A DNA stretch of 41,740 nucleotides from positions 1-41,740 of the forward strand of contig DATFIF010000068.1 of assembly GCA_035270405.1 (NCBI GenBank), written 5' to 3'. This DNA comes from Paludibacteraceae bacterium (lineage in GTDB: Bacteria; Bacteroidota; Bacteroidia; Bacteroidales; Paludibacteraceae). Both the position numbers and the translations under genes were made by a program. This document shows, one piece after another, positions 9,105 through 18,114 of the stretch. A model generated the notes under the pieces. It worked only from the letters and a program-made list of their open reading frames with translations. It did not search any database and was not told where the DNA came from. Each line of letters opens with the position of its first letter. Position 1 is the stretch's first letter.

Positions 9105-9842
9105 TTAAACTATATTCAGTTTACGTAACGCTTGTTTTGAGGCATTTTGCTCTGCTTTACGCTTTGCAAAACCTACACCCAAACCCAATTCGATATCGTC
9201 AACATATACTTTTGAATGAAATTTTATCAAATTACCAGCTTGAGGGTCTTCTGCTATCATCTCAAAACGAATGACTTTATGTTGTTTTTGTCCCCATTCA
9301 ATCAGTTTCGACTTGAAGTTCTCCTCCGTTTTCGCCAATCTTTCTAAATTTACATAACGCGCCACGAGTTGGTTCTCCACAAACCCTTTACAAACATCGT
9401 AACCGCGATCAAGATAAATAGCTCCAACTAAAGCCTCTAGAGCATTACCAAAAATATGTCGGTTATTATTTGATTTGTGACCCAAAACCAATTCTGGTAA
9501 ACCTATTTTTTTGGCTAAATCATCTAAATTCTCACGTTTCACTATTTTACTACGCATCATGGTCATAAACCCTTCGTTTTGCGTAGGAAAACGTTGATAT
9601 AACAACTCGCTTATAATAGCTCCAAGCAACGCATCTCCTAAAAACTCCAAACGCTCATTATTGAGCTGTTGTCCCTGTTCATCTTTAACAAAGGCTGATT
9701 TATGTAATAGTGAAAGCTGATAATACGCTTCGTTGATGGGAACAAATCCCACCACTGAAATCAATTGTTGTTGAAGCAAAGAAAGCTCGCAAGGTGGATT
9801 CTGCTTTTTAGGTAAAAGTTGTTTGAAAAATGATTTAATCAT
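9105..9842 (-). CDS. rnc: Ribonuclease III
   Basis: 245 aa. RNase III signature ERLEFLGDA and a C-terminal dsRBD (KSKLIEWGQK...AEQNASKQAL). Confidence 0.93.
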   Translation of the reverse strand: MIKSFFKQLLPKKQNPPCELSLLQQQLISVVGFVPINEAYYQLSLLHKSAFVKDEQGQQLNNERLEFLGDALLGAIISELLYQRFPTQNEGFMTMMRSKIVKRENLDDLAKKIGLPELVLGHKSNNNRHIFGNALEALVGAIYLDRGYDVCKGFVENQLVARYVNLERLAKTEENFKSKLIEWGQKQHKVIRFEMIAEDPQAGNLIKFHSKVYVDDIELGLGVGFAKRKAEQNASKQALRKLNIV

Positions 9843-9869
9843 TCAAAAAAAGAATCTTGTTTTCGGGTA

Positions 9870-9896
9870 CAAAGGTAAGGCTTTTTTTAATGCACA
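9870..9896 (-). promoter_or_regulatory. rnc promoter (-7 TACCTTTG preceded by TGTGCATTAAAAAAA)
   Basis: Exact TAnnTTTG at 9870-9877 (minus), 28 nt upstream of the rnc ATG. The upstream 15-mer is identical to the one in the rpmH promoter. Confidence 0.5.
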
Positions 9897-9949
9897 TGAT
9901 AAAACTGCTCATTTATTTGCAAAATGTGTAATTTTTAAATTTTTGAACA

Positions 9950-10564
9950 CTAAATTTCTACCGAATTCAACAACTTAAAAGTCATACGATGGTGAGATGT
10001 TGTGCCATATCGAGCGATAGCTGTACGGTGTTTAAGTGTAGGGTAGCCTTTATTTGATTTCCATTCGTATAAAGGAAATTGATCAGCCAAGGCAATCATG
10101 TAATCGTCCCGATAAGTTTTGGCAAGTACGGAAGCGGCGGCAATGGACAGATATTTTCCATCGCCTTTAACAATGGTATGATGAGGAATGTCTTGGTATT
10201 TTTTGAAGCGATTGCCATCGATAATTAGATGCTCTGGACGTAGAGATAATCCATCTACTGCACGATGCATCGCCAAGATAGAGGCATTCAAAATATTAAT
10301 TTTGTCAATTTCGGGAGCATCCACACGCGCTACAGACCAGGCTAATGCCTGTTGTTCAATGATAGGGCGTAATGCATAACGTTGATGTTCGGTCAGTTGT
10401 TTACTATCGTTAAGTAAAGGAGATGAAAAATCAGCTGGCAAAATAACTGCGGCTGCAAAAACAGGACCAGCCAAACAACCTCGCCCCGCTTCATCGCAGC
10501 CGGCCTCGATGCAATCGACGGTAAAATAGGATGCCAACGGTTGATGAGTTTTCACACTATTCAC
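9950..10564 (-). CDS. rnhB: Ribonuclease HII
   Basis: 204 aa. [15 protein letters not shown] catalytic motif (DEAGRG), DSKQL and [10 protein letters not shown] motifs. Confidence 0.93.
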   Translation of the reverse strand: MNSVKTHQPLASYFTVDCIEAGCDEAGRGCLAGPVFAAAVILPADFSSPLLNDSKQLTEHQRYALRPIIEQQALAWSVARVDAPEIDKINILNASILAMHRAVDGLSLRPEHLIIDGNRFKKYQDIPHHTIVKGDGKYLSIAAASVLAKTYRDDYMIALADQFPLYEWKSNKGYPTLKHRTAIARYGTTSHHRMTFKLLNSVEI

Positions 10565-10567
10565 ATT

Positions 10568-11572
10568 TTATAGATTATAAATCACTTGTAATAAAGTTTG
10601 TCCCACTACGTACAAGGTATTCTTATCGATATTCTTCATAGTATCATCCACTGTGTGCCAATAATCGCCAAAACCAGTAGCTCCATACGGATTATATTGA
10701 ATGATGTCGATACAAGGAATGTTGGCCACTCGGTTCACGTATAAATGGTCGTCGGTAATGGCGCCACCTGAATTGTTAAGAAAGTAGTTTCCAAAACCAA
10801 GAGATTGGGCACTGCTCCAAACTTTTTCCACAGCAAAAGAGGCGTAATAAGTAGAGATTTGTTCTTTGTAAAATTGTGCTCCTGGAGCACCCACCATATC
10901 CAATAAAATACCAAAATCGGCTTTGTAACTGTTTTTCTTCGCCTGTTCAGCCCAATATTGTGAGCCCAAGCACCAGGTATCTTCACGTTGTGGTCCACTA
11001 TAAAATTCAGGCGTTCCCCAATCCTCTAAATCAAAAAGCACAATATCAACGCCAACAGTAGGTTGATTTACATGTAATTGACGAGCAACCTCTAGCAAAA
11101 CACCCACGCCACTAGCGCCATCATTAGCACCTAAAATCGGCGTTTGATGGTTAGCAGAATTTTTATCACGATCGGCATACGGACGTGTATCCCAATGAGC
11201 ACATAATAAAATACGCTTGGTAGCTTTTTGATTATAAGTGGCTATCACATTTTTAAATGGCATCTTACGACCGTCATACAAAACAGCTTCGCCACTCTGA
11301 ATTTCTACCTGAGCGCCAAAATTTTGAAGAACTTTCACAAAATAATCGGCACAAGCTGTGTGCGCTTTTGTATTAGGAACACGTGGTCCAAAATCTACTT
11401 GCTTTTGTACAAATTGATAGGCTGAATCGCCGCTAAATGTAGGAACAAAAATTACATTCGCAGGTTTTTCATCTGATTTAGTTTGACCAGCACAAGCCGT
11501 AAAAAAAAAGACGCTACATAAAAGTAATAGATTAAAGTTACTCACTTTTAGTATGAATTTAGAGGAAATCAT
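10568..11572 (-). CDS. M28-family glutaminyl-peptide cyclotransferase-like lipoprotein
   Basis: 334 aa. Lipobox FFFTAC. M28 metal-ligand regions (CAHWDTRPYAD, GANDGASG, FDLEDWG, DDH). The N-terminal DSAYQFVQKQVDFGPRVPNT is as in Bacteroidetes type-II glutaminyl cyclases. Confidence 0.75.
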   Translation of the reverse strand: MISSKFILKVSNFNLLLLCSVFFFTACAGQTKSDEKPANVIFVPTFSGDSAYQFVQKQVDFGPRVPNTKAHTACADYFVKVLQNFGAQVEIQSGEAVLYDGRKMPFKNVIATYNQKATKRILLCAHWDTRPYADRDKNSANHQTPILGANDGASGVGVLLEVARQLHVNQPTVGVDIVLFDLEDWGTPEFYSGPQREDTWCLGSQYWAEQAKKNSYKADFGILLDMVGAPGAQFYKEQISTYYASFAVEKVWSSAQSLGFGNYFLNNSGGAITDDHLYVNRVANIPCIDIIQYNPYGATGFGDYWHTVDDTMKNIDKNTLYVVGQTLLQVIYNL

Positions 11573-11859
11573 AGTTGAAAATCAAGAGCAATACTCTGTT
11601 GAGTAACTCCGTTCATGTGTTTTTTGACAATATTACAATGATAAGGATCAGTTTGATACTCGTCTAATGCTGCCCAACTATCGACTAAAACCTCAAGAAG
11701 AATATCAAACGAACGCGGAGAATGTAATTCGTTAATATGAACTTCTATGTTTTTCGCACTTGGAACTTTACCTTCCATCGATTTCAAAACTGTTTGAGCT
11801 TGAAGGCAATTTTCGGGACTGTTTTCAGTCAATTTGAAACAGACAACATGTTTTACCAT
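11569..11859 (-). CDS. Dabb (stress-responsive A/B-barrel) domain protein
   Basis: 96 aa. It starts MVKHVVCFKL and has the ferredoxin-like length and pattern of Dabb proteins. Its stop overlaps the cyclase start by 4 nt (ATGA). Confidence 0.7.
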   Translation of the reverse strand: MVKHVVCFKLTENSPENCLQAQTVLKSMEGKVPSAKNIEVHINELHSPRSFDILLEVLVDSWAALDEYQTDPYHCNIVKKHMNGVTQQSIALDFQL

Positions 11860-11873
11860 AATAAATGAGTTTT

Positions 11874-12395
11874 TTATTCTTCTTCTTTATACCAGCTTGC
11901 GTAAATTGAATAGTTATGAGCAATTTTTTGGTTTATTTCTTTCGCTTGTTCAGACGACACCTCTTTAACTTGCTTAGCAGGAATTCCAGCCCAAATAGTA
12001 TAAGGTGGCACAATGGTATTACTCAAAACCAAGGCATTTGCTGCGATAATTGAGCCTTCGCCTACAATAGCACCATCTAAAACAGTAGAACCCATACCAA
12101 TCAGCGCATAATCTTTTAAAGTGGCTCCGTGAATATTGGCATTGTGCCCAACAGAAACGTAATCGCCAATATGAATTTGCGACTTCTCGTAAAGCGTGTG
12201 CAACACAGCACCGTCCTGAATATTCACATGATTACCAATTCGAATAGAATTAACATCGCCGCGCACCACGGCACTAAACCAAATGCTACAATCTTCACCA
12301 ATCACAGTATCGCCAATAATGGTGGCATTATCAGCCAAAAAACAGTTTTCGCCAATCTGAGGCGTAAAGCCGCGTACCGATTTTATCAAAGCCAT
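11874..12395 (-). CDS. Gamma-carbonic-anhydrase-family / hexapeptide-repeat (LbH) protein
   Basis: 173 aa. Left-handed beta-helix hexapeptide repeats and a conserved His pattern (GHNANIHGA). The N-terminus ...P.IGENCFLADNATIIGD is typical of YrdA/PaaY-like proteins. Confidence 0.85.
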   Translation of the reverse strand: MALIKSVRGFTPQIGENCFLADNATIIGDTVIGEDCSIWFSAVVRGDVNSIRIGNHVNIQDGAVLHTLYEKSQIHIGDYVSVGHNANIHGATLKDYALIGMGSTVLDGAIVGEGSIIAANALVLSNTIVPPYTIWAGIPAKQVKEVSSEQAKEINQKIAHNYSIYASWYKEEE

Positions 12396-12423
12396 ATTTA
12401 AGAAAATTACAAGTTTGTTGCTA

Positions 12424-12431
12424 CAAAAATA
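12424..12431 (-). promoter_or_regulatory. -7 promoter box (TATTTTTG) for the gamma-CA/Dabb/cyclase/rnhB block
   Basis: Exact TAnnTTTG on the minus strand, 29 nt upstream of the ATG at 12395. Confidence 0.45.
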
Positions 12432-12718
12432 CGCTTTTTATCTCAAATGGAGAAAAAAACGCTTTTTAAAAACGAAATTCTGGAAAATTCTCCCATAATT
12501 TTATGCGAAAATGATAATTATAAAGTTTATGACTATTGAAATTGCACAAAAAGAGGCTTTTGAGCACCATTTTAAAACCTGAACTTAATTTAATCACTAT
12601 CAACGAATTGTAAAAAATCAAAAAAACAGAACCATGTGCAAACTGCTCATTTCTGTCAATTATGTGCGATATTAAGTAATATTATAAATCAAAACAAGGT
12701 TGATTGAAAAAAAATCAC

Positions 12719-12726
12719 TTACTTTG
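12719..12726 (+). promoter_or_regulatory. Near-consensus -7 box (TTACTTTG) upstream of acpP
   Basis: One mismatch or offset relative to TAnnTTTG, 46 nt upstream of the acpP ATG and preceded by an A-tract. The call is tentative. Confidence 0.3.
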
Positions 12727-12771
12727 CAAATCAAAATTTTAATATTTTATTAACCCAAACATTTTTGAATT

Positions 12772-13008
12772 ATGTCACAATTAGAAGAAAAAGTAAAAGC
12801 TATTATTGTTGAGAAATTAGGCGTTGACGCTGCAGAAGTAACAAACGAAGCAAGTTTCACAGGTGATTTAGGCGCAGATTCTTTGGATACTGTAGAATTA
12901 ATTATGGAATTCGAAAAAGAATTTAACATTCAAATTCCAGAAGAAGCAGCAGAAAAAATTGCTACTGTTGGCGATGCAGTTACTCACATCGAAGCAGCAA
13001 CGAAATAA
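12772..13008 (+). CDS. acpP: Acyl carrier protein
   Basis: 78 aa. Phosphopantetheine attachment motif [13 protein letters not shown]. Confidence 0.97.
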   Translation: MSQLEEKVKAIIVEKLGVDAAEVTNEASFTGDLGADSLDTVELIMEFEKEFNIQIPEEAAEKIATVGDAVTHIEAATK

Positions 13009-13027
13009 TAACTTTTTCTCTACTTTT

Positions 13028-14290
13028 ATGCAATTAAAACGAGTAGTAGTTACCGGCCTGGGTGCCGTCACTCCACTTGGTAACACTGTCCCAGAATTAT
13101 GGGACAGCGTTGTAAATGGTAAGAGCGGTGCTGCTCCGATTACCCGCTTTGACACCTCCAATTTTAAAACAAAATTTGCTTGCGAAGTCAAAAACTTCAA
13201 CGTGCTTGACTTTATCGACCGCAAAGAAGCGCGTAAAATGGATGTATCTTCACAATACGCTTTCGTAGCTGCAGATGAAGCCATAGCTGATGCAAAAATT
13301 GACATTGAAAAGGAGAATTTAGACAAGATTGGAGTTATTTTCGGTGTTGGTATTGGTGGTATTAAAACCTTTGAAGAAGAAATACTAGCGTATGCAAAAA
13401 TCAAAGATACCATCGGACCAAAATTCAACCCGTTTTTTATCCCGAAAATGATTGCTGATATTGGTCCTGGTCATATTTCAATCAAATATGGTTTCCGTGG
13501 ACCTAATTTCACCACCACATCGGCGTGTGCCTCTTCTACAAATGCTCTTGCTGATGCTTTTAACTATATCCGTTTGGGTAAAGCTAATATCATTGTAACG
13601 GGTGGCGCAGAAGCTGCAATTACTGAATCTGCTGTTGGTGGTTTCAGTTCTATGAATGCTATTTCAACTCGCAACGACTCGCCTGAAACAGCATCACGCC
13701 CATTTAGCAATAGTCGCGATGGTTTTGTGATTGGTGAAGGTGGCGTTTGTCTTATTCTTGAAGAATATGAGCATGCCAAAGCACGAGGCGCTAAAATGTA
13801 TGCTGAATTAGTTGGTGCTGGGCTTAGCGCAGACGCTTATCACATAACGGCACCACACCCAGAAGGGTTAGGAGCTATGCTTGTAATGAGAAATGCCTTA
13901 GAAGACGCCGAAATGCAACCAGAAGATATTGATTACATCAATGTACATGGAACATCGACACCACTAGGAGATATTGCAGAAACCAAAGCTATCAAAAGTG
14001 TATTTGGCGAATCTGCGTACAAATTAAACATTAGTTCTTCTAAATCGATGACTGGTCACTTACTTGGTGCTACAGGAGCTTTGGAGGCTTTAATTTGCGT
14101 TCTTTCTATTCAGAACAGCATTATTCCACCAACTATCAACTTTACCGAAGGTGATGAAGATCCTGAAATTGATTATAAGTTGAATTTCACATTTAATCAC
14201 GCTCAAAAACGCGAAGTACGTGCTGCCTTGTCGAATACATTCGGATTTGGTGGTCATAACGCAAGCGTTATTTTTAAGAAAATGAGCTAG
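13028..14290 (+). CDS. fabF: 3-oxoacyl-ACP synthase II
   Basis: The start is trimmed to ATG 13028 (MQLKRVVVTGLGAVTPLG, the canonical KAS II N-terminus); the ORF-track start would overlap acpP. Active-site TTSACASS, HGTSTP and GHLLGA...NTFGFGGHN motifs are present. Confidence 0.95.
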   Translation: MQLKRVVVTGLGAVTPLGNTVPELWDSVVNGKSGAAPITRFDTSNFKTKFACEVKNFNVLDFIDRKEARKMDVSSQYAFVAADEAIADAKIDIEKENLDKIGVIFGVGIGGIKTFEEEILAYAKIKDTIGPKFNPFFIPKMIADIGPGHISIKYGFRGPNFTTTSACASSTNALADAFNYIRLGKANIIVTGGAEAAITESAVGGFSSMNAISTRNDSPETASRPFSNSRDGFVIGEGGVCLILEEYEHAKARGAKMYAELVGAGLSADAYHITAPHPEGLGAMLVMRNALEDAEMQPEDIDYINVHGTSTPLGDIAETKAIKSVFGESAYKLNISSSKSMTGHLLGATGALEALICVLSIQNSIIPPTINFTEGDEDPEIDYKLNFTFNHAQKREVRAALSNTFGFGGHNASVIFKKMS

Positions 14291-14313
14291 TTACCAATTA
14301 GCAACTCCTATTA

Positions 14314-14350
14314 AAATAAGGCTCTCAACATGATGTTGAGAGCCTTATTT
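14314..14350. terminator. Bidirectional hairpin terminator between convergent fabF and yidC
   Basis: A 17-bp perfect inverted repeat (aaataaggctctcaaca 14314-14330 / tgttgagagccttattt 14334-14350) with a 3-nt loop and flanking A/T runs. Confidence 0.8.
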
Positions 14351-14397
14351 AATTTTACGTTATTGGTATGACAACAACTTGTATAAAACGGATGCAG

Positions 14398-16278
14398 TTA
14401 ACGCTTTTTAGGACTACGTGCAGCCTTTTGTTGTTGGCGTTGAGCTTCTTCTAAGCGAGCCATAAATCCCGATTTTTTAGCAGGCTTTTGCTTTTTAGCT
14501 TCTAATTTCTTGAGTACTTTTTCTTCGTTCACAAACAAACGGAACAAATAAGTTTGCCCAATGGTAATCAATAATGAAATGAAATAGTAATAGCTCAAAC
14601 CTGATGCATAATCGTTGAACATGAACATGAACATGAATGGCATCAAATACATCATCCATTTCATAGCAGCCATTTGCTGTCCACCCATCTGATTCGCCAT
14701 ATTCAATTTTGTATAAATGACATTTGTGATAGTCATCAACAAGCAGAACAAACTGATATGATTACCAAAATAAGGCGAGATAAGTGGAATATAAACATCC
14801 CAACTAAAAATAGCATCGTAGCTTGATAAATCGGCAGCCCACAAGAAACTTTCCTGACGCAACTCGATAGCAGATGGGAAAAAAGCGAACATGGCAAATA
14901 AAATAGGCATTTGCAATAACATCGGCAAACAACCACTCATAGGACTCACGCCCACACGTTTATATAAAGCCATTGTTGCCTGCTGACGTTCCATCGCTTT
15001 ATCGGCTGGAATTTTAGCATTGATTTCGTCAATTTGTGGTTTTAGCACACGCATTTTAGCGGTCGACATGTATGATTTATAGGTGAATGGCAACAGTATC
15101 AATTTGATAACAAATGTCATCAGTAGAATAATAAGTCCGTAGTTACCAATAAAACTACCGAAAAAATTAAACATTGGGATAATAAGCAAACTACTTACCC
15201 AACGGAACAGACTCCAACCTAACGGAATAAGTTCTTGTAAACGCAATTTCTGGTCACTTGCAACATCTTTGTCATAATGACTGAGGGTTTTATAGTGATT
15301 GGGACCCAAGAATATGCGAAATTTAGAAGATTCTGCACCTCTAGGATCAAAAGTGACTGCTGTTTCTGCTTTGTAGTTTTTAAGATATCCTGACGTCTCA
15401 CTTTCCACAACACTTTCGAGTGCGGTAGATGTAAATGAATTTTCGGCAATGAAAACCGTGCTAAAAAATTGGTCTTTAAAAGCAATCCAACGAACTTTAC
15501 CTGTGGGTTTTTGCGCATCGTCTTTCGACTCACTTAATTTTTCCATGTCATCGGCCGCATAGCGGAAATTAAGTGTAGCATAGCGACTTTCAAATTTGCG
15601 ACCTTTTTCCTGTTGACGCACACGTTGACTCCACTTCATTTGAAGTGCATTCATCGTAGGATCCAAATAATTCATCATATTGTGCGCCTGAATATCAAAA
15701 TGCACCATATAATCATCCTTTGGCAGTGTGTAAGTAAAATCGATATAACTATCAGAATTAATAGATAAACGCATCACCATTGTTTGTGCGCTGGTATCTG
15801 CCACCTGTTTTTGTGGAACAAAAAAGAGTTCTTTGGTATTTAACACACGATTATTTCGGGTCAACAACGTAAAGTCTAGTTCACTCTCTTTGCCTTCGAA
15901 CAATATTAAAGGCAACGAATCATGTGTTTGATAATTTTTCAATTGAGCCGAATAAATACGACCACCTTTATTCGTAAAGACTAATTTAAGAAGATCATTT
16001 TCAAGCGTCACAAACTCTTCAGTACCTTCAGCTGAATTAGCAAAATCGCCATACAAAGCCGTTGGAGAATATTCTGGCGTTTCAGCAACAACGGGTTCCT
16101 GTGCTGTTTGTACTTCTAATGCCTTTTCAGCTAAGCGATTTGATTCTTCTACCATCGCAATAGAGTCACGATAATGCTCTTTGGCAGCCTTTTCTTCTGC
16201 GGTTGGTTGCGTGAACCAATTAAATCCAAGAATAATTGCTAAAATAAGAACAATTCCAAAAATTGAATTTTTATCCAT
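14398..16278 (-). CDS. yidC: Membrane protein insertase YidC (long Bacteroidetes form)
   Basis: 626 aa. An N-terminal TM helix, a large periplasmic P1 domain and the C-terminal 60-kDa IMP core (MRVLKPQIDEI..., GCLPMLLQMPILFA), with a basic C-terminal tail. Confidence 0.93.
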   Translation of the reverse strand: MDKNSIFGIVLILAIILGFNWFTQPTAEEKAAKEHYRDSIAMVEESNRLAEKALEVQTAQEPVVAETPEYSPTALYGDFANSAEGTEEFVTLENDLLKLVFTNKGGRIYSAQLKNYQTHDSLPLILFEGKESELDFTLLTRNNRVLNTKELFFVPQKQVADTSAQTMVMRLSINSDSYIDFTYTLPKDDYMVHFDIQAHNMMNYLDPTMNALQMKWSQRVRQQEKGRKFESRYATLNFRYAADDMEKLSESKDDAQKPTGKVRWIAFKDQFFSTVFIAENSFTSTALESVVESETSGYLKNYKAETAVTFDPRGAESSKFRIFLGPNHYKTLSHYDKDVASDQKLRLQELIPLGWSLFRWVSSLLIIPMFNFFGSFIGNYGLIILLMTFVIKLILLPFTYKSYMSTAKMRVLKPQIDEINAKIPADKAMERQQATMALYKRVGVSPMSGCLPMLLQMPILFAMFAFFPSAIELRQESFLWAADLSSYDAIFSWDVYIPLISPYFGNHISLFCLLMTITNVIYTKLNMANQMGGQQMAAMKWMMYLMPFMFMFMFNDYASGLSYYYFISLLITIGQTYLFRLFVNEEKVLKKLEAKKQKPAKKSGFMARLEEAQRQQQKAARSPKKR

Positions 16279-16376
16279 AAAAATTAAGTTAGTTGTATAA
16301 GCACGTTAATTAGCTGATTACGAAACCGTTCGACAAAGTGCCTAAATTGCTTATAATAAATACGTAAAACAAAGGG

Positions 16377-16384
16377 CAAAGGTA
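16377..16384 (-). promoter_or_regulatory. -7 promoter box (TACCTTTG) upstream of yidC
   Basis: Exact TAnnTTTG on the minus strand, about 100 nt upstream of the yidC ATG. Confidence 0.4.
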
Positions 16385-16498
16385 AAAAAAATGTTTGAAT
16401 TCGTAAGTTTTTTTCATCACAATCACTGAAATTTGCACACTTTAGCTAAATTGAGAATTTTTTAACCGCTTTAGTGGCAATGATTAGAAAAAAAAACG

Positions 16499-16506
16499 TA
16501 ATTTTG
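16499..16506 (+). promoter_or_regulatory. -7 promoter box (TAATTTTG) upstream of the TetR gene
   Basis: Exact TAnnTTTG, 27 nt upstream of the ATG at 16533. It overlaps one copy of a repeated TTTGCACACT motif. Confidence 0.5.
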
Positions 16507-16532
16507 CACACTATTGTAAATTTAAGCCTAAA

Positions 16533-17132
16533 ATGAAGACTCCAAAAGTTTCAAAAACGCGTGTACTCATGGTTGACGTTGCTCGTCGACTTTTTGCACA
16601 GCATGGAAAAGAGAATGTAACGATGAACGATATTGCTGTTGCTTCTGGCAAAGGTCGTCGAACACTTTATACCTATTTCGGGAGCAAAGACGAAGTCTAT
16701 TTAGCCGTTATTGAAAATGAATTAGACTTGATGGTTGAGCGCTTACAAGAGGTTTTACGTCTACCAATCTCTCCGGAAAAAAAATTAGAGGAGTATGTTT
16801 TTGTGCATTTCGAAGCCGTAAAAGAAGCTATTACACGCAACGGCTCGCTACGTGCCGATTTTTTTCGAAATATCTACGAAGTGGAAAAAGCGCGTCGTCC
16901 GATTGATATCAAAGAGATTCGTATGATTCGTGAAATTATGGAGGAAGGTGCCGTTAAAGGCGTTTTTCGTTTGCAAAGCACACAATGGGCTTCTATGATG
17001 TTTTTATATGCGCTGAAAGGGCTAGAAACGCCTTATATTAACAATAATATCAGTAACTACATTAAAGATCATCGCACACAAATTATGACTGTAATTTTAA
17101 ACGGTATTTTATCGGATAAATATGAATATTAA
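16533..17132 (+). CDS. TetR/AcrR-family transcriptional regulator
   Basis: 199 aa. The N-terminal HTH (ARRLFAQHGKENVTMNDIAVASGKGRRTLYTYFGSKDEVY) is typical of TetR_N. Confidence 0.9.
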   Translation: MKTPKVSKTRVLMVDVARRLFAQHGKENVTMNDIAVASGKGRRTLYTYFGSKDEVYLAVIENELDLMVERLQEVLRLPISPEKKLEEYVFVHFEAVKEAITRNGSLRADFFRNIYEVEKARRPIDIKEIRMIREIMEEGAVKGVFRLQSTQWASMMFLYALKGLETPYINNNISNYIKDHRTQIMTVILNGILSDKYEY

Positions 17133-18105
17133 AACAATGAGCAAAAGTGATTTAAGACGCGAAATTGTGCTGCTTCTGGCTTATCCATTTATAAGATTTG
17201 CCATTCTTATTGTACGTGTTTTACCTAAGAGCTCACGTAATAAACTCGCTGTTTTTATTGGAAATTTTTCATACAGATTCAATAAAAAAACACGAACTCG
17301 CACGTTGGGAAATCTTACTATCGGTTATGGTGAGGTAAAATCGTCAGAAGAAATAGAAACCATGGCGCGTGAAGTCCTTATAAATCTGAACAAATCTATC
17401 ATTGACCATTTTGCAACAGCTCACATTACGAATCGTACTGAGTTTTTTAAATTTGTGACCGTGATGGGTGAAGAGCATTTGCGAAAAGCTTACGAACAAA
17501 AACGCGGCGTAATATGCCTCATTCCACATTTAAGTTCGTGGGAATTATCAGCGGTTACACCTCCAATGTTGGGATATAAAAGCTGCGGAGCTAGCAAAAA
17601 TGTCAAAGGTTTTTTACTACATCGCATGATGGTGGGTTTCCGCGAACGACGTGGTATGCGCAACATTTCACGTGAAGGATCGTACGAAACGCTCGTCAAA
17701 GCGTTGAATGCTGGCGAATGTTTAATTATCATGATTGACCAAGATACCAAAGTAAAAGGTCTGTTTGTCGATTTTTATGGCAAAAAAGCTTACACGCCAA
17801 TGGGCGTAGCTCGCTTAGCGCTCGAAACCAATGCCATAGTGGTCCCAATGGCTACAACACGCTTGGCTGATAGTTCGTATCAATTCACGATCTATCCCGC
17901 TATCGAAACAATTCGCACAGGCGACACCGAAAAAGATTTATACGCTAACACGCAATTGGAAACAAAAGTGATGGAAACTATCATTCGTGAAGCACCTACA
18001 CAATGGGTTTGGATGCATCATCGCTGGAAAACCACACCAGAAAATCTCAAGATTTATCTGGAAAGACGCGCTCTGGAAAAACAGCTAAACGCACAGAAAA
18101 AATAA
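17122..18105 (+). CDS. LpxL/HtrB-family (lipid A secondary / lysophospholipid) acyltransferase
   Basis: 327 aa. N-terminal membrane anchor, an HLSSWE (HX4E) catalytic motif, a downstream DQD region and overall lauroyl-acyltransferase family length. The start overlaps the TetR stop by 11 nt; an alternative ATG lies at 17137. Confidence 0.75.
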   Translation: MNIKTMSKSDLRREIVLLLAYPFIRFAILIVRVLPKSSRNKLAVFIGNFSYRFNKKTRTRTLGNLTIGYGEVKSSEEIETMAREVLINLNKSIIDHFATAHITNRTEFFKFVTVMGEEHLRKAYEQKRGVICLIPHLSSWELSAVTPPMLGYKSCGASKNVKGFLLHRMMVGFRERRGMRNISREGSYETLVKALNAGECLIIMIDQDTKVKGLFVDFYGKKAYTPMGVARLALETNAIVVPMATTRLADSSYQFTIYPAIETIRTGDTEKDLYANTQLETKVMETIIREAPTQWVWMHHRWKTTPENLKIYLERRALEKQLNAQKK

Positions 18106-18114
18106 ACAGGACAC

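Noticed and set aside
12447-12539. A 30-codon ORF (MEKKTLFKNEILENSPIILCENDNYKVYDY) in the acpP upstream region.
   Set aside because: It has no promoter box in front, no signal or TM character and no leader-peptide logic (no runs of regulatory codons). An ORF of this length is expected by chance in a 376-nt AT-rich spacer.
12898-13428. A 176-aa minus-strand ORF antisense to acpP/fabF. Similar antisense or out-of-frame ORFs occur elsewhere: 5177-5407, 6059-6530, 8501-8773, 10188-10379, 10735-11425, 13564-13779, 14736-15533, 17344-17750, 22214-22408, 22992-23186, 23451-24080, 24423-25090, 26042-26396, 33089-33316, 34324-34670, 35268-35566, 38929-39117, 39643-39912, 40672-41123.
   Set aside because: All are embedded in strongly supported genes on the other strand or in another frame. 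They show biased low-complexity composition and no family signatures.
14617-14637. A hexamer tandem repeat, (GAACAT)x3, inside yidC that encodes FMFMFMF.
   Set aside because: It is only three units long and in-frame, and it lies in a hydrophobic TM segment where such composition is expected. There is no evidence of variability.
17665-17678. A parS-like sequence, ATTTCACGTGAAGG.
   Set aside because: It has three mismatches to the 14-nt core of the TGTTTCACGTGAAACA consensus, lies inside the LpxL-like coding sequence and is about 12 kb from parB. It is probably fortuitous, because CACGTG-centred palindromes are common.
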